Shown one piece after another: positions 11,876 through 22,843 of a stretch of DNA of 64,000 nucleotides; the first letter of the stretch is position 1, and each line of letters opens with the position of its first letter. The notes below the pieces were generated by a model that saw only the letters and a program-made list of their open reading frames with translations, was not told the DNA's origin and searched no databases. The stretch is from an uncultured Nitrososphaerales archaeon. GTDB lineage: Archaea; Thermoproteota; Nitrososphaeria; Nitrososphaerales; Nitrososphaeraceae. The stretch covers positions 1,741,657 to 1,805,656 of the forward strand of contig CAVOHZ010000010.1 in assembly GCA_963695855.1 (NCBI GenBank), written 5' to 3'. Made by a program: the position numbers and the translations under genes.

Positions 11876-12187
11876 ATGAAAATTTCTGAACTATGTAAAA
11901 TGATCCAAGACTCATTTCACTCTGGAAAATATCCTCTGGATCAGGATATTGAAAAACAAATGATAGGTCTTGTACAGGTCATAAACAGATCATCGTCTGA
12001 TGACCTGAAACTAGAGAAAGACATCAAAATAGAAATAAGATTAAAGGATCTATATGTTTTGAACAACTATATTCAGAGTATCCAACACTTACCAGGAGTA
12101 ATTGAAATAGATGCATTAGACTCTTTTAAAATGCTAAGTAGACGTATTGGGAGAATAGAGAAACCTAATATTTCATTTCCTACATAG
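11876..12187 (+). CDS. Hypothetical protein
   Basis: Clean 103-aa ATG ORF. Confidence 0.65.
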   Translation: MKISELCKMIQDSFHSGKYPLDQDIEKQMIGLVQVINRSSSDDLKLEKDIKIEIRLKDLYVLNNYIQSIQHLPGVIEIDALDSFKMLSRRIGRIEKPNISFPT

Positions 12188-12194
12188 AAGTAAA

Positions 12195-12275
12195 TGCATT
12201 GCTTTATAAAATGTGTTTATTCTTTGGTAAAGTTTCTTTTTGGGCATAAGTTATTTATACTTATAGTATTTTTTG
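12195..12275 (-). pseudogene. Relic of the A-type terS 5' end and its upstream region
   Basis: tctttggtaaagtttctttttgggcataagttatttatacttatagtattttttg matches 21866-21921 and about 63809-63864. Confidence 0.6.
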
Positions 12276-12288
12276 ATCCTTTCTTAAA

Positions 12289-12474
12289 TCATGAAAAAGA
12301 TATTGTTGAAAAAAAAACTCCGGCTGAAAGAGCAGCAAGATCATCTCTAATTCTTTCGGGATAACAAATAAAAATGGACAAAATAGCACCAATGAGAAAC
12401 GCACTTGAAACTACAGTAGATAATAATAAAGTATTTAAGATTTCAAAAAATTCATTATTCACTATAATATTCAC
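12289..12474 (-). pseudogene. N-terminal fragment of a ZIP-like membrane transporter
   Basis: SSAFLIGAIL..LAALSAGVFFSTISFS resembles ZIP TM1-2; ends next to the terS relic. Confidence 0.45.
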
Positions 12475-13016
12475 AAATTAATATGCTAATTTGAACTAAT
12501 AGCTTAAAACTTAAATTAATACTCATTATAAAAGCAATATAATTTTTGTAAAGTTATTTTTTATCATAATATGAAATATTTTATTTTAGATTAAATCTAT
12601 TAATGTGTCTATTACTATAAAACATTTTAATCAAAACTGCTATTAATTTTTAACAAAACAAAGGAATGTTTATTTGTCATAGACTTTAACACCATATAAA
12701 TGGGATTACATTCACGATTTTCTACCATTAGGTATTTTTATCATCTTTGCTTTTGATGAAAAAGCTAATTGAAGTAAAATTTTTACTTTAATATCAAATA
12801 AATTCGAGATAAAATAATAAAAAAGTAAAATTGAATTAAAAAAATTTGTCGAATATTGAAAAATAAATATTTTTACATATCTTAAAAGAATAACAAATAA
12901 ATTTAAATATATTCTCACTGATGTTTTCATTTTAAATATACTACTAATACAAAAATCTGTTTGCACGGTTCATCTTTTAACTTAACAGTAGGGTTCTACT
13001 ACATAATTAGCAAGAT

Positions 13017-13056
13017 GCTCGGGAGTGGAACCGTCCATGTAGTACGGTTCTACTAC
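13017..13056 (+). repeat. Strongly degenerate A-type att junction
   Basis: gctcgggagtggaaccgtccatgtagtacggttctac keeps gggagtgg, gaacc, gtccat and ggttct in the same order as the 53342 junction. Confidence 0.45.
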
Positions 13057-13132
13057 CATGTATTTAGCTTTTATTATTAGAAACTTAATTAAATATAAAA
13101 ATCAAAATCCGTTTAATAGTTTGTCATTTATC

Positions 13133-13315
13133 TTACTGAGATTTTCTATTATGAAGAGCATCTTTTTGGATTAATATGAATATCATTTGATAAAAAGAAA
13201 TTCCTAATTTTAATGCCTCAAAATCTATATTTTTTATTGTTTCATTATTTGATGAAGATAGTATAAATTCATCAATAATTTTTTTGAATTTAAAATCATC
13301 ATGGTGTTGGAACAC
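13133..13315 (-). CDS. Small hypothetical protein
   Basis: 60-aa ORF with IDFEALKLGISFYQMIF, a pattern recalled from thaumarchaeal small proteins. Confidence 0.45.
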   Translation of the reverse strand: MFQHHDDFKFKKIIDEFILSSSNNETIKNIDFEALKLGISFYQMIFILIQKDALHNRKSQ

Positions 13316-13523
13316 AAGCTTAGTCTATCAATATAGTTATTATTAGTTTCTTAGAAATGTTAATGACATGCATGCATAACGTTTGACTACTAGTATTCTA
13401 GAAAGACCAATGATAAATGAATTCTATAAAAAAATAATTATCATTAAGTCCGTTTAAAAATAATGAATTACCTAAGTGGTCTTTACTCTTTTATTAGGGA
13501 TGTAAATAATCCATCATTGGCAT

Positions 13524-13590
13524 TGAGGGGATGGGATTCGAACCCCTATATGTATTCACGGGTTTATATTTTAGTATCGCTAGAGTAATA
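13524..13590 (+). repeat. Degenerate att junction (tRNA T-arm fragment plus B-type arm)
   Basis: ggggatgggattcgaacccc (reverse complement of a tRNA T-arm) followed by cgggttt and tatcgctagagtaat, as at 31405-31465. Confidence 0.6.
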
Positions 13591-13678
13591 GATTGTAACT
13601 ATATAAAAACATGATAGTATACTATAAAAAATAAAAAAAAGAAATGATAGATGTTATCCACACTTAAAGATGACTAGA

Positions 13679-14431
13679 CTAGTCTTGAGGTGGTGGGAAT
13701 ACGGTTGGTGGAATAGCATCATCAAATATGTTATTGATACAATTCACTACAATAGTAAACTGTTCTTCTGAAAAACCTGCATTGGAAAATGCCTGTGCTA
13801 ATGTAGTACCAAGTTGTTGCAAGGTGTTCTCATCCCCGGCTGCAAATGCTTCGGAAATTTCTTCACATAGTTGTTCAAATGTTGTTACTTGACCTTGTGT
13901 TAAATCACTTATCTCAGTAAGTAGTTCAGTCTGCTCTTCTTCTGAATCTAGATTTTCGGTGAAGCAGTCTTCACATGGACTGGGTTCTTCTTCTGCTGGT
14001 GGTGGAGTAATTTTTACCTGTTCATTGTCATTGACATTTACACATATGTTTACAAGATTTCTCTCGAAGTTTATACTATCTCCCCATCCATTACCATTTT
14101 GTGTACCTGTTGCGTCTGCTGCTCCTTCATTTGCTGCTGCAGTGGCAGTATCATCTTGAGGTATTTGGGTAATATCTATACCATTTACATTTATGTTACT
14201 ATTTACACACTTTATTTTCTGGATATCTGTATGAGAACTCTTTTTTTGATGGTTATTGTCATAACCGTATCTATTGTCGTCTTGATAATAGTTATTGTCG
14301 TATCCATAATCATTGGCGTACATCTGTGCTTGCGCATTTCCTATCATGTTTGATGGATTTAGAGCGAATAGACCTGCTGCCACTATCAACGTGATAGAAG
14401 CCAGAACTATCTTTTTTGTCTGATGGGTCAT
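13679..14431 (-). CDS. Secreted CVNSNINVNG-family protein
   Basis: Signal peptide, YGYDNN tract, IQKIKCVNSNINVNGIDIT..NLVNICVNVNDNEQ, C-terminal CEDCF helical module. Confidence 0.85.
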   Translation of the reverse strand: MTHQTKKIVLASITLIVAAGLFALNPSNMIGNAQAQMYANDYGYDNNYYQDDNRYGYDNNHQKKSSHTDIQKIKCVNSNINVNGIDITQIPQDDTATAAANEGAADATGTQNGNGWGDSINFERNLVNICVNVNDNEQVKITPPPAEEEPSPCEDCFTENLDSEEEQTELLTEISDLTQGQVTTFEQLCEEISEAFAAGDENTLQQLGTTLAQAFSNAGFSEEQFTIVVNCINNIFDDAIPPTVFPPPQD

Positions 14432-14570
14432 TGCATTGTTAAATGCGAATTTAATATATCTAATGTTGGAAGGAACATTATCTAATGTTATAATATTTCA
14501 AGATTCTGAATTATTCACAATAAGAATAATAGCAATTGATCTACAAGTACAATATGAGATATTATAACAA
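14432..14570 (-). promoter_or_regulatory. Conserved upstream element of the secreted family
   Basis: About 135 bp shared with five other paralogues; TATA-like gatatattaa about 20-30 nt before the ATG. Confidence 0.7.
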
Positions 14571-14656
14571 TATTATACGTTAAATTATAATAAGTTAATT
14601 AATTCAAAATAAATAAAAAATAAATTGAAAGGTGAGATCTCACCCAAACGTTCTGT

Positions 14657-15736
14657 TTATACTATTGTTGGTGGCGGGATAGCATCGTTAAATACGTCAT
14701 TTAGACAGTCGAATACAGTGTTAAACTGATCTGTTAATTGTGCTTGGTTAAATGCGTTTTCTAATAGATTGCTAAGTTGTTGCAACGTGTCCTCATCCCC
14801 GGCTGCTACTGCTTCGGAAAATTCTTCACATAGTTGTTCAAATGTGGTTATTTGACCCGATGTCAGTCCACTTATCGCAGTAAGTAGGCTAGCCTGGTCA
14901 TCATCATTTAGATTTCGGGTAAAACATTCATCACATGTAACCTCTTTGATTGTAATTGAATTTGTTGCTGTACAGGTCTGTGTTTGTCCCGCCGCTATTG
15001 TTCCCCTTGTTATGAAACCACCGCTGTCTTCATCACAATCTCCTGTATATGATACAATAAGAGCGGCTTGGCGGGGTGGATCGTTATGATCAGGAGATTG
15101 CAACCAAGCAATGATATCGGTGATGTACTGCCCGAAATCTTCTATTACTTGATAATCACCCGGATCCAACGTTACGACTGTTCCACTAGTAGAACTGGGA
15201 AATTGTTCTGAAGGATTTGGATTGTTACCAGTCACTTGGAAAAGAAAATCACTTTCATCTATTGTTGTTGATAGTAGGTCTTCACAATCACCTTCAATTT
15301 CGTCTGTACAGACAATTTTTTTAGCAACCGTCAAAGTCGTCTCTGGTGGACTAACTTGCTGTTCGTTGTCATTTACATTTACACATATGTTTACAAGGTT
15401 CCTGTCGAAGTTTATTTTATCGAAGTCATTACCATTCTGTGAATTTGATGCGTCTGCTGCTTCTATTCCTTCATTTGCTGCTGCAGTAGCAGTAGTGTCT
15501 TCAGGTATCTTGGTAATATCTATACCATTGACATTTATGTTACTGTTTACACAGTTTATTTTCTGGATATCTCCAGGAGAACTCTTTTTCGGATAGTTAT
15601 TGTCATATCCATATTCATAATTTCCGTACATTTGTCCTTGAGCATATCCTATTATTGATGGGTTTAAAGCCAATAGACCTGTCGCTATTATCACCGTGAT
15701 AGAAGCCAGAACTATCTTTTTTGTCTGATGGGTCAT
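14657..15736 (-). CDS. Secreted CVNSNINVNG-family protein with Ig-like and CxxCF modules
   Basis: Constant module, then TLTVAKK..GNNPNP..GDY..GDC..QTCTATN, then a CDECF module. Confidence 0.85.
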   Translation of the reverse strand: MTHQTKKIVLASITVIIATGLLALNPSIIGYAQGQMYGNYEYGYDNNYPKKSSPGDIQKINCVNSNINVNGIDITKIPEDTTATAAANEGIEAADASNSQNGNDFDKINFDRNLVNICVNVNDNEQQVSPPETTLTVAKKIVCTDEIEGDCEDLLSTTIDESDFLFQVTGNNPNPSEQFPSSTSGTVVTLDPGDYQVIEDFGQYITDIIAWLQSPDHNDPPRQAALIVSYTGDCDEDSGGFITRGTIAAGQTQTCTATNSITIKEVTCDECFTRNLNDDDQASLLTAISGLTSGQITTFEQLCEEFSEAVAAGDEDTLQQLSNLLENAFNQAQLTDQFNTVFDCLNDVFNDAIPPPTIV

Positions 15737-15870
15737 TACCTTGTTATTTACGATTTTAATATATCTGAGGTTGGAAGGAACGCTATTTGATATTGTAATA
15801 TTTCAAGATTCTGAATTATTGACTATAAGAAGAATAGAAAATGATGTTAAGGTGGAAAGTGAAATCCTTG
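15737..15870 (-). promoter_or_regulatory. Conserved upstream element copy
   Basis: ttggaaggaac..gtaatatttcaagattctgaattattgactataagaagaatag. Confidence 0.7.
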
Positions 15871-16060
15871 TGTAGCAACACCAACATATGTGCCACAGAA
15901 ATTTCATACGGGTTCGGTGGGAATCATGAGCCTACGTACATGAGTTGATATATTCATTTTTATTACTAAAAAGACGATTTTTCTCCTGTATCTTCGCTTA
16001 AGGTTAACAAACAACGCAGAGAATTATATAGAATAGCTTTTCTTATCATCTTGAAAAGCT

Positions 16061-16657
16061 TTGTTATCGCTAGAAGCCATTCTTGGAGTAATAGGAATAA
16101 GTGCTACAATAGTCGTCGGTGTAGGAGTATATAGATTACAAAGAAAGGAAAAAGAGGACACTGATAATGTTCTAAGAATAATTAACAGTGTAACCCTAAA
16201 ACAATCAGAGATTCTTGATTGGTGGAAGATTCAACGTAGAAAACATGTAGATTGGTTTGTATATCATGTTGGTGGCGCTTTACAAACTCTTATAAAAGAT
16301 TATCAGGAATTAAATGAAGGATTAACTAAATATCAAAATGATACATCTGAAGAAAATCTTAAAAGCATAATGGATATCTTAGACAAGTGCAGAACAACTC
16401 TGGCTCAATTAGTGGCATTAGCGGAACGAGATATTTTAGTTGCTGCAGCTCATATTGCCAATCCCTGGATTGAAGGAAAATTTCTTGAAGTGATTTTGTC
16501 GTATGAAACTGGAATATTTCTTAGAGAAGAAACAATCCGTTCCATGGATAACGACCAATTAAGTCAATACAAACAATCAGTGCAACTAGTAATCAATAAA
16601 ATGCAAAATGATCTAGAAATTATACAAAAAGAGAAAAAAATTGAAGAATTAAAATAA
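16061..16657 (+). CDS. Membrane-anchored helical hypothetical protein
   Basis: 198 aa with one N-terminal TM helix. Confidence 0.7.
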   Translation: MLSLEAILGVIGISATIVVGVGVYRLQRKEKEDTDNVLRIINSVTLKQSEILDWWKIQRRKHVDWFVYHVGGALQTLIKDYQELNEGLTKYQNDTSEENLKSIMDILDKCRTTLAQLVALAERDILVAAAHIANPWIEGKFLEVILSYETGIFLREETIRSMDNDQLSQYKQSVQLVINKMQNDLEIIQKEKKIEELK

Positions 16658-16881
16658 GGCCGATGGTTGTATTCCGAATTGCTTGTGCGTTTCTCAGATT
16701 AACTGTCCATGTTGTGGGAGTTTAGGTGGTATTTTGGGGGACATGACTCGAACTTATTATCAAAAATTAAAAACTTTAAGATTTTGTAACTATTAAATTA
16801 ACAATATGAGCAGATACCATAAATTTAGACGAAATTATGATAAATGTTTTTATAAATCAGTTATAAATCCAATCATAAATT

Positions 16882-17433
16882 ATGAAAATATTTTTTGTTC
16901 TTTTAGTTGCTGTTACATCGCTAGTATTAGGAATATCCTTTGATGAAAGTTTCTCTGAATTAGAAAATACATATACTAATGAGAAATGTGGCATATCCAT
17001 TCAATATCCAAAGGATTGGACTGTAGAGGAATCAAATTATAAATATGAAGATAAATCAAAAACTATTGCAGATTTTCAATCTGAAGATGATGATATTTAT
17101 GGATTGGATATCGAAATAGAAAATTATGGACTTTCAAAATATTCAATGTCAGACATTGCTGAAGAAACAGGGTTTGAGACCTTATTACCAGATTCCAAAA
17201 TCATATATTCAGGAACTGGTGAGATAAATGGATTTCCTACCTATAAATTAATTTACTCGGATGGTATTGAATTTTATAGATCCCATATTTTGATAATTGC
17301 TTATGATAGAGAATATCAATTAAACTTTGACGAATCAAATAAAGAAGACTTTGATAAATATTCATTGATAGTTGATGAAATGGCTAAAAGTATTAAAATT
17401 ACTAAACCAAATTTTGATGGGATAAATTGTTAA
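16882..17433 (+). CDS. Secreted PsbP-like protein
   Basis: Signal peptide; TYTNEKCGISIQYPKDW, INGFPTYKLIY, EMAKSIKI. Confidence 0.75.
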   Translation: MKIFFVLLVAVTSLVLGISFDESFSELENTYTNEKCGISIQYPKDWTVEESNYKYEDKSKTIADFQSEDDDIYGLDIEIENYGLSKYSMSDIAEETGFETLLPDSKIIYSGTGEINGFPTYKLIYSDGIEFYRSHILIIAYDREYQLNFDESNKEDFDKYSLIVDEMAKSIKITKPNFDGINC

Positions 17434-17829
17434 ACAAAGTATTTATTTTTTATTTTCTTCTATTACATACCATCTAACTGTTAAAATTTATCAACTATAA
17501 AAGTTATTATTTCTTCTGAATCTTCATATAGTTTAATTTAATCTATACAAGTTATTATTTCTTCTGAATCTTCATATATACCAATTAGCCTATATTCTCT
17601 AATCCTATTTACTTATAATATCATATAAGCAGGAAAAAATATTTGCTATCGTATTTAATTATAGTAATGTTAAACTACTATAAAGTATTCCAAAAACGAA
17701 TTGATTAGAAAATATATGCTAAGTGGTATAGTTTAATTTAATCTATACAAGTATATATTTTATATTCTTGTGATCATCGCTATATACAACATATCTTATA
17801 GCCTAAGTTCTAGTAACAATTCTATAGAA

Positions 17830-17911
17830 ACTGTTTTTGCACAAAAATCTATGCAAACATATGAAAATGAAAAGTATGGATTTAAAATTCAATATCCGTT
17901 CAATTGGGAAT
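17830..17911 (+). pseudogene. Fragment of the PsbP-like gene at 23530..24123
   Basis: FAQKSMQTYENEKYGFKIQYPFNW identical to that protein, then an abrupt junction. Confidence 0.65.
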
Positions 17912-17914
17912 ATG

Positions 17915-18119
17915 AGCGTAATCCTATTTTTCTATTTTTCTTTATTAATCTAATCAGCCTTCCATCTCCTGTACCTAAATCTAATATTCTGTTTGTATCT
18001 TTAGGAATATGTTCAAATAAAACTGCCTCACCTTCTGAACGGTGCGAAAGACTATCAGATACATTAAGATATGCAAGAGCATTTTGAGCATTAGACCACT
18101 CCTTTGCAGATTGACTCAT
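17915..18119 (-). pseudogene. Class I SAM-methyltransferase N-terminal fragment
   Basis: RILDLGTGDGRL motif I; truncated at the PsbP-like fragment. Confidence 0.65.
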
Positions 18120-18523
18120 ATTTGATTTTCAGAAAATTGTAAATTTTCTTATTCAAATACTTTTCTTATATACATAGTAGAATAGTCTATTGTCAGTGGT
18201 TAATTAAAACTACTTATATGTTCAATCAATTTCTTTTAAAAAATTGGACAAATGAATTATAATTTTATAATATGACAAAAGATTTTAAAAAATAAATAGT
18301 TATAAAATATTTAGAAATAATGGAACAATGTTAATTGCCATTATCTAAGGGAATTGAATATTCATAGTTTCAATGTTTAATCGCAAATTTAAAATATTAA
18401 CTAATTGTTTTATCAAAGGACTAAATCTTGAGTCGAGATAGTAGACAATTTTAATAACCTTTTGTTATTTGGTTAATTTATAGAGATATGTAAATAAATT
18501 ACTTCTCATATATAAATTAAGGA

Positions 18524-20146
18524 GTGGTAAAAAAAATAGAACCAAATAGAATTTACATTTCTTTTGTTCTATTATTTAGTGTTTTATTACTATGTACAAT
18601 TCTAACCATTACTCCTGGTACAATTCTGAAGAATGTTGATGCAAATGTAGGAATGGATGGTAGTATGGATGGTATGGATGAGAATGGGGATGAAGAGGAA
18701 GATGAGAATGGGGATGAAGATGAAGATGAAAAAAGTCAAGCAACAAGTCAAGCAAATGCTTGTGGTAACGGTGAACTACCATTGAATGTTGGATGTCAAA
18801 ACACGGCATCGCAATTACAAGGGGATGAAAATTCTGCTGCAATGGATGGATACCAGCGTGAGGCTGAAGAGGATGATGAAGAGGCTGACGTGGATGAAGA
18901 AGATGAAACCGATCAAGATGACTTGATTAAGGCACTAAGAGGTCGAGAGGATGTAGATGAGGAAGAAGATGAGGAACAAGATTTTGTAGATGATGAGGGA
19001 GATGAGGAAGAATCTCAGGATACTTTGACTGGCACATCTGCTAAACCTGCTAATATTATCACTGAAATTAATGATGATGGTAAAAAGGAAACTACTGAAT
19101 TGTTAGATAATGGAGGAAGGATAATTACGGTTTTTGAACCCGGTGATGATACGAAAATAGCAAAAGTCGACTCTGTGGATAGTACTGGAAAGCATATAAG
19201 CTTTGAAAAATATATATATGATCCAAGTACTGGAACAAAAACACGCTTTGACACTTTGAAGTATGATCCTCCTGGAAAGCCAAAAAGTGAGATTATGACT
19301 TGGTATGATCCAAGTACCGAGGCAGTAACATTCATTGAAAAGTCTGAATATAATCCAAGTACTGGAAGAATACAAAGTGCGATTGGGACTTCATATGATC
19401 CAAATACTGAGGAGATAACAAAAGTTAAAAAGATTGAGCTTGATCCAATTACTAGAGATCTAAAAAGTTTGAGTGAGACTTCATATGATCCTCCTGGAAA
19501 GCCAACAACAGAGAGGGGGACTTTATACGATCCAGGTACTAAAAAGCCAGCAAGTAAGAGTTTCACTACATACGATATAAGTACTGAAAAGCCATTAAGT
19601 AAGTTGGTCACTTTATATGATCCAAGTACTGAAGAGGAAAAAAGTTCTACTCTGATTCAATATGTGCCTGGTACTGAAAAGCAAAAAAGTAAGACTGTGG
19701 AGCAATATATGCCAGGTACTCGCAAGGTAGCAGGCACTGCAGACATTTTGTATGATCCAAGTACTGGAAAGCCAGAAACAAAGAGTGTGAGTGATTATGA
19801 TCCAGGTACTACAAACATAAAAAGTAAGACTGTGACGCAATATGTGCCAGGTACTGAAAACCCAGCAAGTAAGAGTATCACTTTATACGATCCAAGTACT
19901 AACAAGGGAACGGCAAAAAGTGATATTAAGATTGAATATGACATTAGTACCGGTAAGAAAATAAGGACTACCGATTATGTTCCAAATAATGTAGGAACGC
20001 CAAAAAGCATGACAAAATACGATCCTAAAACAAATATGCCAACAACCACTATAAATTACAACCCTGATGGTACTGAAAAAGAAATATTTCTCTATAAAGA
20101 TGGCAAGATGGTTAAATCTCCACGTTCGCCTGATCTAAAGAAATAA
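18524..20146 (+). CDS. Secreted acidic protein with about 23-aa YDP repeats
   Basis: TM/signal segment, D/E tracts, CGNG..CQN..QGDEN motif, many Y(D/V)P(S/G)T..K.K repeats. Confidence 0.85.
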   Translation: MVKKIEPNRIYISFVLLFSVLLLCTILTITPGTILKNVDANVGMDGSMDGMDENGDEEEDENGDEDEDEKSQATSQANACGNGELPLNVGCQNTASQLQGDENSAAMDGYQREAEEDDEEADVDEEDETDQDDLIKALRGREDVDEEEDEEQDFVDDEGDEEESQDTLTGTSAKPANIITEINDDGKKETTELLDNGGRIITVFEPGDDTKIAKVDSVDSTGKHISFEKYIYDPSTGTKTRFDTLKYDPPGKPKSEIMTWYDPSTEAVTFIEKSEYNPSTGRIQSAIGTSYDPNTEEITKVKKIELDPITRDLKSLSETSYDPPGKPTTERGTLYDPGTKKPASKSFTTYDISTEKPLSKLVTLYDPSTEEEKSSTLIQYVPGTEKQKSKTVEQYMPGTRKVAGTADILYDPSTGKPETKSVSDYDPGTTNIKSKTVTQYVPGTENPASKSITLYDPSTNKGTAKSDIKIEYDISTGKKIRTTDYVPNNVGTPKSMTKYDPKTNMPTTTINYNPDGTEKEIFLYKDGKMVKSPRSPDLKK

Positions 20147-20340
20147 TAAAAAGAAGGGAACTTTGCCTATTAAATTTAATTTAGTGCTCTAATGTACATT
20201 TTATTTTATTCTTTTCTATGATTTGTGTTTGGCTTAAGGCTTAGTTCCACACACAAACAAAAAACATAGAATAGAATTAAAGATCAAGATTTGTGAAAAT
20301 TAAGATAAAAAATAGAATAAGGATTACCAACCATATTTTA

Positions 20341-21433
20341 TTATTCACTGGTGACGAATTTAACTCCTTTCAACAGCAAACGAAGTGCGTCCAAGTCATC
20401 ATTGTGGACACTCACATTTTTGTCAAGGTTCCATTCATTAGCATAGGCAGTTTTTAGTGACAGGATTAATCTATCAAATCTGGAAGGTATAGCAAGTTTC
20501 TGTTTTGTTAAAAGTTGATATGTATGTTCCAGCATTTGTTTATGTTCCTTTGCAAAGGATACAGGTATAATAAAGTTGGATTCAGGACTTACGTTCTCAG
20601 AACGGTCCCAGTCTAAACTTTCACCGAATTTGGATTTACATTCATTAACGGCAGCCCGGTTACTTCAATCCACAAACCACCATAGATTAGGAATTTCAGT
20701 ATGGAGTTGAAATATACGGTCAGCAATTCTAGAGGGAGTTGTTTTGTCATATTCCTCTCCTAGGACGATTTTAACTATTTGATTTTCTGTATCGACTTCC
20801 CCGATGTATATAGTTGTAATGGATGTAGAGAAGCCGAAATCAATTCCACCTTCATGAAGACAGTAGGGATTTATTGTCTGATCCTTCACTACTGTATTTC
20901 CTAGGTGGATCGCTTGTTCTATGTCAGAGATAGCAAAAACGTTACCTATACGCCCCTGGTACTTGAGACAATACTCACGTTCAAAATATACTTCATTCTT
21001 TTCCCTTTCTATAAAATCTGAATCATATATTTTTCCTAAGCCTACGGTATAATGGAGAAATATTTTTTTAAACGAATCTTTGAATATCTCATTCTTTTCT
21101 ATCCTCGAAAACAGATAGTCTGGTCTGTTTGGTGTGCTCGCAAGAATGATTTTTGCTCTGCTCTTCTCTTCGTATGCCTTGATGACGTATTCTAGTTCGT
21201 TCTGTTCTGAGAATCTCTAAATGTAATTCGGGTTTATCTGGGTATATCCAAAAAGGAATATCTTCTGTGTCTTCCAGGAATTTAGCAAATTTCTTCGTCG
21301 TGGTCCAGGTCTCGGTGAACCATGTTATCGATGGAATCTCCTGCTGCTGTTGTCCCGTTGTCGGTCTCAGTGCTAGGGGAATCAACGTCCTCTCTGCTAA
21401 TCTGATATTGAATGGGATAGATTCGTTTGGCAT
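20341..21433 (-). pseudogene. Terminase large subunit, ATPase domain deleted, nonsense codon
   Basis: PFWI N-terminus joined to EYCLKY..GGIDFG..WWFVD*SN..NDDLDALR; TGA at 20665-20667 where the element-B copy has GGA. Confidence 0.8.
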
Positions 21434-21893
21434 TCTCTTCCTTATTCTTATCCTCCTTTTTGTCTATTAAATTTTTTATTGTTGCGATAATGGGTGTGAC
21501 CATTCCGAGCGATGAAAGTTGTTGATTATTTGCTCTTAGCTCAGCAACCAATTTTACAATGAAGTTATTATCTTTTTGTAAGTCAGGCTTATTCATTTCA
21601 ATATGCCATTGCTTCAATGTCTCTTTTTGTATCATTTCCATTTCCTGAATTCGTTTACGATAGAATTCTACAAAACCATGTCTAGCATAATATGATATCC
21701 ATTGTATTGTAGTTTCGTCATTTAATACCTCGGATCTAAATTTTTTGTATGAGCCTTCAGAAAAGTCTAAATTCAATCTTGATTTAACATAATCTATAGT
21801 TTCTTGTTTACCAAGACCCATTATGTCAGAATCTAGCATACACTGCCTGATCAAATGTTTTTGTTCTTTGGTAAAATTTTTCTTTTTGGACAT
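21282..21893 (-). CDS. Putative terminase small subunit (A type)
   Basis: Helical protein directly upstream of and overlapping terL; positional inference. Confidence 0.6.
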   Translation of the reverse strand: MSKKKNFTKEQKHLIRQCMLDSDIMGLGKQETIDYVKSRLNLDFSEGSYKKFRSEVLNDETTIQWISYYARHGFVEFYRKRIQEMEMIQKETLKQWHIEMNKPDLQKDNNFIVKLVAELRANNQQLSSLGMVTPIIATIKNLIDKKEDKNKEENAKRIYPIQYQISREDVDSPSTETDNGTTAAGDSIDNMVHRDLDHDEEIC

Positions 21894-21980
21894 AAGTTAT
21901 GCTCACTTATAGTATTTTTTGGGCTTTTTCAACCAAGTATTTTCATTTGTTCTCCAAAAAAAAAACTAACTAAATTAAAA

Positions 21981-22229
21981 TTATTTTCTGTTGGGGTCAT
22001 CATCATTATATTCTTTTTTAATATTATTATTATTAGATTCATCATCATTTTCTTCTTCTTTTGGTTTATTCCAATAAAATATATTTGAAGTACCGCATTT
22101 TCTACATTTGTTTGTGGATTTGACATAATCCTTCCAGTTCAAGACTTTTCTATCAACTATAGTATGAACCTTATCGGGTTGTGAGATAACAATCTCTGCT
22201 TCGAACTTTCTGCAAGAAACTACACTCAT
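21981..22229 (-). CDS. Small Cys-motif protein
   Basis: CRKCG motif with an acidic/Asn tail. Confidence 0.5.
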   Translation of the reverse strand: MSVVSCRKFEAEIVISQPDKVHTIVDRKVLNWKDYVKSTNKCRKCGTSNIFYWNKPKEEENDDESNNNNIKKEYNDDDPNRK

Positions 22230-22381
22230 GATAATAATATAATATCGATTTCCTGATTAACTTATCTAAATTCTTCCAACAGAAATAAATGCGGAAAGAA
22301 AATTACTGAGAATGTTATGTTATAAGAAAAATAGTTAGTTTAAGTAAATTTTCTAACTTTCTACTTTCAATGAAACCTTTT

Positions 22382-22648
22382 CTATTGCATCATCATATAA
22401 TTCGTTGTTCCAATAGCACAAACATCATACTCAGAATATGAAAAATCATTTACATGAAATTCTAGTTTCTGTTTTTTCCCATCGACAACATTTATCTCTT
22501 GATTTTCATAGTTATTTGCTGATCTTAATGATATAATTATAATATCATCAGGTATATCTTGATCAATTTTTACATTCACCTTTATTTCAAACGTAGGTTG
22601 TGTTTTCATGTATTCATCCCATTTTTCCTCAGTGGAAAACTCTCCCAA
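22382..22648 (-). CDS. Hypothetical protein or fragment
   Basis: 88-aa ORF with protein-like composition. Confidence 0.4.
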   Translation of the reverse strand: MGEFSTEEKWDEYMKTQPTFEIKVNVKIDQDIPDDIIIISLRSANNYENQEINVVDGKKQKLEFHVNDFSYSEYDVCAIGTTNYMMMQ

Positions 22649-22843
22649 TTTGGATTATGAATATATAACTAAAATTAAAGATCATATGTTTCATTCTATC
22701 AAATGGCTAAACTAAACACAATTGGATAACTAAGATAATTGATGATGCAATTCGAATGTTGACAGTCTATCATCATGTTTTGATGGTAACTTATCTAAAA
22801 AAAGAAAAAATTAATTATTGTAAATGGTAAATAGATATTATTA

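Noticed and set aside
16735-16755. gggggacatgactcgaac as another att relic
   Set aside because: Too short and degenerate, with no A or B arm beside it
18524-20146. RHS/YD polymorphic toxin
   Set aside because: No RHS core or DPxG cleavage motif, toxin tip or immunity gene
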